Of a DNA stretch of 32,000 bases, positions 17,690 through 25,463 are shown one piece after another (positions within the stretch are counted from its first letter, which is position 1; the number at the start of each line of letters is the position of its first letter). Below the pieces are notes generated by a model. It worked only from the letters and a program-made list of their open reading frames with translations, was not told the origin of the DNA and searched no databases. The translations under genes and the position numbers were made by a program. This DNA comes from Candidatus Heimdallarchaeota archaeon (GTDB lineage: Archaea > Asgardarchaeota > Heimdallarchaeia > JABLTI01), in the NCBI GenBank assembly GCA_030614005.1, contig JAUWKS010000029.1, positions 1 through 32,000 on the forward strand, in the 5' to 3' direction.

Positions 17690-18268
17690 TTGTCTGACAC
17701 TAAAACAAAAATAGTGAATAGATTAAATAAAAAAATTGATCAAATTCTAAAATTAAATGAAACTGAACTTTCAGAATACATTGATTTAATTATTAAACTT
17801 TTAAGTGATAATCATATTATAATCAGTTTCCGCAAAAGAGATAGACTAATGATTAGTAGAAAAGGATTAAAGAAAGTAATTAAAAAACCTGATGCTGATT
17901 TTGATGAGATTTCTGAAATTATTTCTATTATAATATTAATAATACAAATACCTGATGATGATGAATTAATTTCCAAATATACAAAAAATAAGAAAATGAT
18001 TTTCATTAGAAAAAAAATCAAAGAATCTGGATTATTTAGTTTGGTTTTATCAAGAATGAGTATAACAAATGCTTTCTGCGATATACAATATGAATTGATT
18101 ACAAGACATTTCAGAGAAAATGGATTGAATGATGATATAAAATTTTGTCAAATTGTAATTGAGTATAATGAATTGAATGACTACAAGAAAACCTTAATAG
18201 AACTTGATAAAAAGCAAATTCAATATTTAATTATAAAGCTTCAAAGTGCATTAAAAGAGCTAGCTTAA
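17690..18268 (+). CDS. Hypothetical protein (192 aa), first gene of an AT-rich operon
   Basis: Long ORF with AGGTAGG RBS-like sequence and TTG start; closely spaced with the next gene. Confidence 0.7.
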   Translation: MSDTKTKIVNRLNKKIDQILKLNETELSEYIDLIIKLLSDNHIIISFRKRDRLMISRKGLKKVIKKPDADFDEISEIISIIILIIQIPDDDELISKYTKNKKMIFIRKKIKESGLFSLVLSRMSITNAFCDIQYELITRHFRENGLNDDIKFCQIVIEYNELNDYKKTLIELDKKQIQYLIIKLQSALKELA

Positions 18269-18283
18269 AAGGAAGGTAATTCA

Positions 18284-18829
18284 ATGGATCAAAACAATAT
18301 TCTTATCTATGATGAAAAAAAAGAAGCAAATTGTGAACCCGATATTGATGAGGATATAATTGTTTATGATTTGGAGCAATATAGACAAAATAGAGAAGCA
18401 ACTCACATCTTTTTGTCTGCATTTAAAGTGATGAAAAAGGATTTTGATATTTATCCATTATACTCGAGTAATATACCATTTATAAGTAAATCCAAACAAG
18501 AATTAGAATTAACTCACTCAATAAATGATACATTAGCAAATATTGAAGAGAAAATCACAATGATAAATAGAAATTTCGATGAAAAAATGAACGAAATAAT
18601 AAATCGATTAGAATATTTTGAAGATCTTTTGTGCAATAATAATGATGAAGAAGAGATTATAGTAATCAAAGATTATACTTACGATAAAGCCAGAAAAATT
18701 ATTGAAGATCATTTAAAAAGTGTAAAAAGAAAAGTACCATTAGAAGAATTTATTTTAAACTTTGGCATTGACTTAACACTTGCAAATCAGATAATTACAG
18801 ATTTATTAAAGGAAAAAAAAGTGAAATAG
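18284..18829 (+). CDS. Hypothetical protein with central coiled coil and C-terminal winged-helix-like domain
   Basis: GAAGGT RBS; heptad region LANIEEKITMINRNFDEKMNEIINRLEY; C-terminal IIVIKDYTYDKARKIIEDHL...FGIDLTLANQIITDL resembles small archaeal wHTH modules. Confidence 0.72.
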   Translation: MDQNNILIYDEKKEANCEPDIDEDIIVYDLEQYRQNREATHIFLSAFKVMKKDFDIYPLYSSNIPFISKSKQELELTHSINDTLANIEEKITMINRNFDEKMNEIINRLEYFEDLLCNNNDEEEIIVIKDYTYDKARKIIEDHLKSVKRKVPLEEFILNFGIDLTLANQIITDLLKEKKVK

Positions 18830-18833
18830 GAAA

Positions 18834-19019
18834 ATGACTACATATTATATAGCAAATGATGCAATTGAAGGGAAACAGATTTATTGCTATGCAAGAAAAT
18901 ACGACATTAGTGATAAAAAAGTTAGATGTAAAAGTAAACATCACTGTTACCTAATAAAATTAAGAAAATATGCGAAATGCATCATTGTTAAACCTGCTGT
19001 TGAATGGATCGAAGATTAA
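18834..19019 (+). CDS. Small hypothetical protein (61 aa, Cys/His-containing)
   Basis: Starts 4 nt after the previous stop codon, an operon-like spacing. Confidence 0.55.
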   Translation: MTTYYIANDAIEGKQIYCYARKYDISDKKVRCKSKHHCYLIKLRKYAKCIIVKPAVEWIED

Positions 19020-19116
19020 TAGTAAAAAATGATGGATTCCAAATTATAATAAAAATAATTTTTGAGTAGCAATATACAATTAGATTTTATTTATACTTGT
19101 TTTATTAAAATAAAAT

Positions 19117-19194
19117 TGGCAGGCCTGGACGGATTTGAACCGCCGACCTCTTGGTCCGAAGCCAAGCACGCTATCCAGGCTGCGCCACAGGCCT
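19117..19194 (-). tRNA. tRNA-Arg(UCG)
   Basis: AGGCCTG/CAGGCCT, GCGC/GCGT, CTTGG-CTTCGGA-CCAAG, GGCGG-TTCAAAT-CCGTC, G-CCA; 78 nt. Confidence 0.96.
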
Positions 19195-19204
19195 AACAAT
19201 AATT

Positions 19205-19355
19205 TTTATTCAATCGGTTCGGTTTTTTAACTTTATGTTAATTACCGAAGCCGAGCATTCTATGGTTTCAATTGTTAATTAACAATCTTCTTGCTTCCTT
19301 GAGCTTCTTCTGAAGTCTCTCCACAAGCACTTCCCGCCAACCCAGCGGTGTTGTC
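19205..19355 (-). ncRNA. Candidate omegaRNA / right-end region of the tnpB element
   Basis: Minus-strand ACCGCTGGG..GCGGGAAG..GCTTGTGGAGA...GAAGCAAGAAG overlapping the tnpB 3' end resembles omegaRNA scaffolds. A 16-bp palindrome lies at 19271-19286 and a hairpin at 19214-19254. Limits are approximate. Confidence 0.5.
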
Positions 19356-20519
19356 AATTGATGACTGGAACTTCTTTAATCCTCTCTTAAGGATTATTCT
19401 TGCTGAATTTTCATCTCTATCTATGATTAATCCACAATTAGGGCAGCTATGAATTCTCATTGCCAAACTCTTTTCTACTATCGCTTCGCAGTCACTGCAG
19501 AGTTGAGTAGTATTATATGGATTTACTAAAATCATTACTTTTCCGCTTTCTACTGTTTTATACGAAAGGAAATTGCGAAATATTCCCCAAGAGACACTAC
19601 CAATGCTTTTTGCTAAATAGCGATTCTGCATCATATTTTCTATTTTTAAATCCTCAAGAGAAATTAAATCATAGGTATTCACTAATTTTGTTGCTTCTTT
19701 TTGGATGTAGTCTTTTCGTTGATTGCGAATCTTTTGGTGTATATTTGCTATCTTTAAACATTGTTTTCTCCAATTATTTGACCCTTTAACCATTCGCGAT
19801 AATCTTCTTTGTTCTTTTGCTAAATTTTTCTCAAAAGAGTATATCCATTTTGGATTTTCGATAACATCACCATTGCTTAACGTTCCATATTTTGTTAATC
19901 CAACATCAATACCTATTGCTTTATTTATGTCAATATTAGAATTAGGAATTTCTGAAGATATTTGAAAAACAATGAAAGCATACCATTGGTTAACATCTCG
20001 TTTTACTGTGAAGTTTTTATGATTGCTTTCTCAGGAATTGCTCTATCTATGACTACCTTAACTAAACCGATTTTTCCCAACTTTAATTTCTTATCAATTA
20101 TTTTAAATCGATAACCATTAGCATATTCGGTATATGTAAAGGATTTGTAATCTTTTCTTTTCTTAGATTTTGGTTTGCCCCATTTTGAATTTCCTTTTGC
20201 TCGTTCTTCAATAAAACGTCCAAAGGCATAATCTACTCTTTTAGCGACATTCTGAAGTATATGAGCATTAGGGTCTTTGTAAGAAATGGTTCTCCTTCTT
20301 CATCTCTGGAAGTTGTTTTATCTGGTCAAAACAGCTAATGTATTTTCGTTCTTCCTTTGGAAAATCTTTGATTTTTTCATAATGATCGTGTCTTTGTTTT
20401 ATGAAATCATTGTATAGTCGTCTGCAAGTTTCCACCCATTCTTTGAAAGTTTCCTCTTGTTTTTTAGTTGGATAAAGACGATATTTGAATGTTTTAGAAA
20501 ATATTTTTTGACCAGACAT
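19275..20519 (-). pseudogene. tnpB: IS200/IS605-family TnpB with two compensating frameshifts (about 20275 and 20010)
   Basis: KTFKYRLYPT..CRRLYN N-terminus; the middle segment (KDPNAHILQNVAKRVDYAF...LKLGKIG) is in another frame; then GIDVG (RuvC-I), SLEDL (RuvC-II), CSDC/CPNC zinc finger and RDENS (RuvC-III). Confidence 0.93.
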
Positions 20520-20608
20520 TTCAACCACATTGTTACCGTATGGTTATATTATGGAATACGATATATTTAAGTATTATGGTAACCAAATGGTTAATGAGGA
20601 CAAAAGAA

Positions 20609-20761
20609 ATGCCATTAGAATTTCGAAGAAAAGTAATTGACAATAACAAAAGTTTGATGGTAAATATTCCATATGAGATTGCTCAGCAATTAGAAATAAA
20701 TAAAGGGGATACGATAATTATTACTTATGAAGATGGATTTTTCAAATGTAGAAAGGGATAA
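20609..20761 (+). CDS. AbrB/MazE/SpoVT-family DNA-binding protein (50 aa)
   Basis: RKVIDNNKSLMVNIPYEIAQQLEINKGDTI matches the swapped-hairpin pattern; GAGGA RBS 8 nt before the ATG at 20609. Confidence 0.85.
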   Translation: MPLEFRRKVIDNNKSLMVNIPYEIAQQLEINKGDTIIITYEDGFFKCRKG

Positions 20762-21000
20762 TTTCTCAATAGAAATTCACGTGGAGCGTTGTGAATCACT
20801 GTAAGTGTTGAACAGCGACGGCGTGAGTCTGCTCCGAGCAAGAGTATTGAGATTTTTAATATTGATTTACAACCATTACTTGTTAAATTGGATTATTCTA
20901 ACTGTTACATCAATAATACAAGTATTTGACAAAGAAAAAAGTTAAATCAATTGATTATTTAACAAATAATCCTTAAAGAGAGTTAGCTGAAACTGATCCC

Positions 21001-22572
21001 TTATTTTTTAGATTCAATTGTTAATAATGCGCTTTTTGAAATGTTTAATCGCTGTTTGATACTATCTAACTTTAACTCGAAATCATCCTCAGTATAATTA
21101 GTATTAGTAAAAACTTCAAACTTTGAAATCACATTTTTATCTGAGTCATATACTATAATTGTACTTTTTTCTGTTTGTAAACCATTCATATCAGGTATTT
21201 TTGATAATAGATTAATCCTTAATTCGTGAGATTTTTCTATATCAATAAATGATTCATCTATTAATGTGTGAATTGTTTCCTTTTTCATGTTAAGATAGAT
21301 AGCTATTAAAATTGATTTTCTTAAATAATCCAATAGAGTAATAGAGAATTCTTTAATGCTCCCAAATTTCTCATTAATTCTTTTATGATTTTTCGCACCA
21401 ATCGTACCCCCATGAACGTATTTGCTTCTAATTTCATAAGCCTCCTTTATTAAACTAACAATTTTAGCCGGTTTATCTATAGATAAAATTCCAAGCAATT
21501 TTGCAATTCTTGATCGAAGCTTAAAGCTTAGCTCCCCAGGATCTGTACCTCTAAGATAAATCGCTTCTAATCCCATGATTGCATTAGCAATTCTTTCCTC
21601 ATCAGTTTTACCATGAAAAATAGAATCCTTATATCGTAAAAAAGCAATTGAAAGGTAATCAACTTTCTTCTCTTCATTAATGTAGAAATTCTTTGGGAGT
21701 AAATTACTAAGTCTTTTCAAGAAACCAATTAATTCTTTAACATTATCTGGTGTTATGATTACTTTCTTTAAAGTAGGAAAAATAAATTGTCTGTTTCCCA
21801 CTCTTACTGGAAAAATTGGGTTCATAGTAGAAATAATGGAATCTGAGCTTAATTCATATCGAATGTATCTAACACTTCCAACTTGATATAGTATTATAAT
21901 TGAAAGTACTTGTTCAATCAGAATCTGAATTGCTCTTGGATTTCTAACTTCGCAAGTAAGGTTTAAGATTGCATCAGGGGGATAAAATAAATCTCTTTGA
22001 ATAGCAAATGAATACTCGATTTTCTCAAAGTCTTCCTTTGAAGTTTGTTTAATCTCTAATATAGTTGAATTTACTTGAAATTCAAATGTAGGAGTTAAAA
22101 CAACTAAATCTTTTAGTTCAATCTTTGCATATGAGCTTATGAGTTCATCATTGAGTTGCTTAAAGAATATATCTAATTTTCTTTTGATTATGCTATTATC
22201 AATTTTTTCTTCTTGAATTGAAACTTTTATAATTGCATCTATAAAATCACTTTGCAATTTTATCTCATTTTCATTTGGATAATTTTCTTTTAACAATGAC
22301 AATATTTTTTGATAAAGAGAAAATTCTAATATATCTTCTTTGAACTTCATTACTCTCTTATTACCATCAATATATTCAACTGGTTTGCTAGTCGTAGCAG
22401 GTCTTGCGCCTTCAATATCATATTCAAATTTCGTTACTTCTGTTTTGACAAATGAATTGTATATAATTGGTTTGAATTTAGTCTTTTCAATATTTTTCCG
22501 GACATAATCATAAATCTCTATTGAGTATTCCAATAAAGCATCTCTAAGGTTTCTAAATTTTTGATTGTTCAT
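21001..22572 (-). CDS. ApeA-like HEPN domain protein (putative RNase, possibly defence-related)
   Basis: AIMGLEAIYL...ELSFKLRSRIAKLL...AYEIRSKYVHG with an intact R-x4-H HEPN motif after a large N-terminal domain. Confidence 0.8.
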   Translation of the reverse strand: MNNQKFRNLRDALLEYSIEIYDYVRKNIEKTKFKPIIYNSFVKTEVTKFEYDIEGARPATTSKPVEYIDGNKRVMKFKEDILEFSLYQKILSLLKENYPNENEIKLQSDFIDAIIKVSIQEEKIDNSIIKRKLDIFFKQLNDELISSYAKIELKDLVVLTPTFEFQVNSTILEIKQTSKEDFEKIEYSFAIQRDLFYPPDAILNLTCEVRNPRAIQILIEQVLSIIILYQVGSVRYIRYELSSDSIISTMNPIFPVRVGNRQFIFPTLKKVIITPDNVKELIGFLKRLSNLLPKNFYINEEKKVDYLSIAFLRYKDSIFHGKTDEERIANAIMGLEAIYLRGTDPGELSFKLRSRIAKLLGILSIDKPAKIVSLIKEAYEIRSKYVHGGTIGAKNHKRINEKFGSIKEFSITLLDYLRKSILIAIYLNMKKETIHTLIDESFIDIEKSHELRINLLSKIPDMNGLQTEKSTIIVYDSDKNVISKFEVFTNTNYTEDDFELKLDSIKQRLNISKSALLTIESKK

Positions 22573-22602
22573 TTGATATACCTCATTGAATTTGAGAGTT
22601 AC

Positions 22603-23604
22603 TCAAATTTTCCCTTTTGATTGAAGAAAACTAATAACAATAACAACAATCGAAATGATCAAAAATGATACAAAAAGTCCTGTATTCACACCATTAAACC
22701 AACCTGCAGTATTAGCAACCTTTTCAATAATAAAATCAATGATTACGTATCCTAACTGGACAAGGATTAAAAGCCACCAATTCTTACTTCCTTTGAAAGT
22801 AACAATTGCTGTGGCAAGTTGCTGTAGTTGGGGAGCGCTCAATCGCGGAGTTTCTCTTGAGTCAGTAACAAGTTGTGTTAATGATTCATTTAAATGATTA
22901 ACTTTTTCTTCTACACTACAGATAATCTGTTCTTGATTGATTGTTCGAGCTAATAGCTCTTGCTGAATATCATCATCTTCTAATTGCTCTATAATCTCTC
23001 GAACTTTGGTAACTTCTTCTTTAACAATGCCTACTTCTTGCTTAATTATTTGGAGGTGAGAAATTTGATTCATAACTTCTTCAGTTTCCATGTTATTAAT
23101 GAAATCTTCAAACAAAGAAATTTGTGCTGAATCTAATTCGCCAGCATCTATCATTTTCCCTATTATGATTTCTCCTTCGCTACCTCTTCCTTCTAACTTA
23201 ATAAGAGCTTTAGCGAAACCAAATTTAGCATCACTTGATGTTAGTGAATTCAAATCAGATTTTATTAAGCTAATAGCATTTGTAGCTTTCATTTCACCAA
23301 GTGCTAAAACAGATAATATACGAACTGATTCCTCAGAATCTTGAGGCATACATTTTATAAGTTCAGGTTCTATTAAATGGATTTTAGTGGGAAATCTACG
23401 TCCAATTAATCCAAGTGCTTCAGCTGCAAGGGAGCGTATTTCCGGATCTTTATAATTTAAGACGGAAACTAATTTTGGAATCTGTTCTGTTGCATCTTGT
23501 TCTCTTGATGGTGCCATATCTGCAGAATAAAAAGCTGATAGATCAATCGTTTGAAAAATAGAGATGAATTTCCTAATGTTACTTTTACTAATGCGTTGAC
23601 TCAT
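22603..23604 (-). CDS. HEAT-repeat, coiled-coil, two-TM membrane protein
   Basis: PEIRSLAAEALGLIG and VRILSVLALGEM HEAT repeats, a central heptad region and two C-terminal hydrophobic helices; ATG at 23604 with upstream GGAG/AAGGA. Confidence 0.82.
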   Translation of the reverse strand: MSQRISKSNIRKFISIFQTIDLSAFYSADMAPSREQDATEQIPKLVSVLNYKDPEIRSLAAEALGLIGRRFPTKIHLIEPELIKCMPQDSEESVRILSVLALGEMKATNAISLIKSDLNSLTSSDAKFGFAKALIKLEGRGSEGEIIIGKMIDAGELDSAQISLFEDFINNMETEEVMNQISHLQIIKQEVGIVKEEVTKVREIIEQLEDDDIQQELLARTINQEQIICSVEEKVNHLNESLTQLVTDSRETPRLSAPQLQQLATAIVTFKGSKNWWLLILVQLGYVIIDFIIEKVANTAGWFNGVNTGLFVSFLIISIVVIVISFLQSKGKI

Positions 23605-24096
23605 ATCCTTTTCTTCTCCAATAAATAACTCAAAAACCAATACTCATAGAAATACAAAAGGGTTTCCAACGAAGCATACTTTATTGCATTAAAATCAGAA
23701 CATAAAGGAATATAGAATTATAATAATTTAAACACTACGTAAGTGAGTAATAGAGAAATCAAAAGGGATGCAAAATAAGAAAAAATGCCCTAAAAATACT
23801 CAAAAGAAGAGAAATCGACTTGGTAAAAACAATTTTAAAAATAAACATTTTCAAATAATATTATTGTAGATAAAGAAAGAATTCATCAAATTTCTTGGTT
23901 GTATTTATTTAAGAGTAAATCTTTTAGACCAAAATTTAATCATCTCTAACTTAACTCTTCTAGAAAATAATAAACAACTTTTTACCTAATTTTATTATTT
24001 GCCAATCTTTCATTCAATTAGTATATGAGATTTGAAAAAATAGGTTTAAATAATAAAAGACTGAATTATATCTTTAGAAGAGGAATTAAAATAAAA

Positions 24097-25038
24097 ATGG
24101 CTTTTAAAAATTAGAAAAAGATATTATTAATTTTGATTGTTATTTTTTGTATTGTTGGTATTAATATATTTAATTACCATTTAATTAGACCTTTTGGTCA
24201 AAAAAGAAATCCAAAATATATGGCTATTATACCTAAATATGAGAATAACACTTCTGTAAAAATTTCTATTTATATGGGGGGCAGTTATTTTGACTATTTG
24301 GGATTATCCAATGAAGACATTAATGTAAATTCAATGAAAAAATATGGTTGTAAAATAGTTTTTGAAATAAATAACAGTGTCTACTTAGATATTCCAGAAT
24401 ATTTTGAACAAGGGAATATCATCTGGGATTCACCGAATGAGTTTATCTATCCATATAAAGATACAGCAGAAATTGTTTATAAAAATGGAACAATAGATGA
24501 CCCTTTTCATTTATCTGGTTATTTCATCGATGCAAGTGATTTGCAAATAAATGAAACATTAGAATTTGCAGGATATTTTGATGAAATGGTAACACAACCA
24601 ACAAGAGAGAAATTTATATTGGAATTATTTACTATCGGTGTTGATGAATTTGGTAAAGAGTTGAATATAGATATTGATGTTTATTTCGATGAATTGGATT
24701 TTTATGAAAAGGGTTATGAAATCGAAGAAACAAATGGAGAACTCTCTTTTTATTTCATTGGAGCTCCAGTAATTTCAAATTTCATTACTAACATTTTCTC
24801 CATGGATCATTTGGATAGAATTTTCTATAATATTCCAGTTCTTATTGAATACACTAAAAGAAGTAGTAGGAATATAGAATTTTTCGGAAATTTATTGATT
24901 GGATTATTATTACCTTTTGAGATTACCATATTACTAAAAGTTTTAAATTTTAATGAGAAAAACAAAACCAAGGATACAAAGGTTAAACAAAACTATATTC
25001 AAGTGTGTTACATCTCAACGAAAAGCGTTACTCATTAG
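24097..25038 (+). CDS. Membrane-anchored extracellular protein; in-frame TAG at codon 6 (ORF track starts at TTG 24133)
   Basis: GAGGAA RBS, then ATG GCT TTT AAA AAT TAG AAA AAG ATA TTA..., which is in frame with the 301-aa ORF. Hydrophobic segments near both termini. Confidence 0.6.
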
Positions 25039-25140
25039 AAAAAAACTCCAAAATACTGGAATAAACATGTGAGCGATTTGGTAACAAACAATGAAATAAA
25101 AAAGACGAAAGTTGAACACTCATGTAGCCTTTAAAAAACG

Positions 25141-25183
25141 CCGAGAGGTTCGGCGGTTCAAATCCGTCCAGGCCTGCCAATTT
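25141..25183 (+). repeat. att-like copy of the 3' half of tRNA-Arg(UCG), inverted relative to the intact gene
   Basis: 25150-25183 is a 34-nt perfect reverse complement of 19113-19146. Similarity extends to the anticodon stem (CCGAGAGGTTC vs CCAAGAGGTC). Confidence 0.9.
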
Positions 25184-25273
25184 ATTTCTACTCTTTTTCA
25201 TTGCCTAAAGATTTAATAGTTAATTATTAACATCATTATATCATATAGTAAATTATTCATGGAGAACAAAACT

Positions 25274-25387
25274 ATGGACTGGTGGGTCATTTTACTAATC
25301 GTTCTTGGAAGCATTGTGGGTTTAATTGCCCTCGTTGTTATTGGCTTTATGGGTTTTCTAGCGATTACAGCTGATTCTAGAAAATAA
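25274..25387 (+). CDS. 37-aa single-pass membrane peptide (MDWWVILLIVLGSIVGLIALVVIGFMGFLAITADSRK)
   Basis: GGAG RBS 9 nt upstream; one long hydrophobic helix; alternative in-frame ATG at 25259; not in the ORF track. Confidence 0.65.
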   Translation: MDWWVILLIVLGSIVGLIALVVIGFMGFLAITADSRK

Positions 25388-25463
25388 CCCAATAGCTCTT
25401 ATCCTCTTAAAGAATGCAAAAAAAACTTTGCATCACTTGTATAGTGGTGCATTTTTTACCTTT

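Larger units (their letters stand above)
17333..25183. mobile_element. Degenerate tRNA-Arg-associated genomic island (no integrase seen)
   Basis: Bracketed by tRNA-Arg fragments; very AT-rich segments; cargo of tnpB pseudogene, AbrB-type gene, HEPN protein and unknown ORFs. Boundaries are inferred. Confidence 0.55.

Noticed and set aside
20609-22572. AbrB plus HEPN as a type II toxin-antitoxin operon
   Set aside because: The genes are convergent and about 240 nt apart, not the usual co-transcribed antitoxin-toxin layout.
23768-23869. 33-aa basic ORF (MQNKKKCPKNTQKK...) in the long intergenic region
   Set aside because: Low-complexity A-rich sequence with no convincing RBS or paralogue.
17333-25179. 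Trans-spliced or giant-intron tRNA made from the 17333 5' half and the 25141 3' half
   Set aside because: The acceptor strands match, but ACGGA cannot form a full stem with GCCGA or CCGAG (3 bp only), no convincing leader/trailer duplex or bulge-helix-bulge was found, and the 3' half fits CTTGG of tRNA-Arg(UCG) better.
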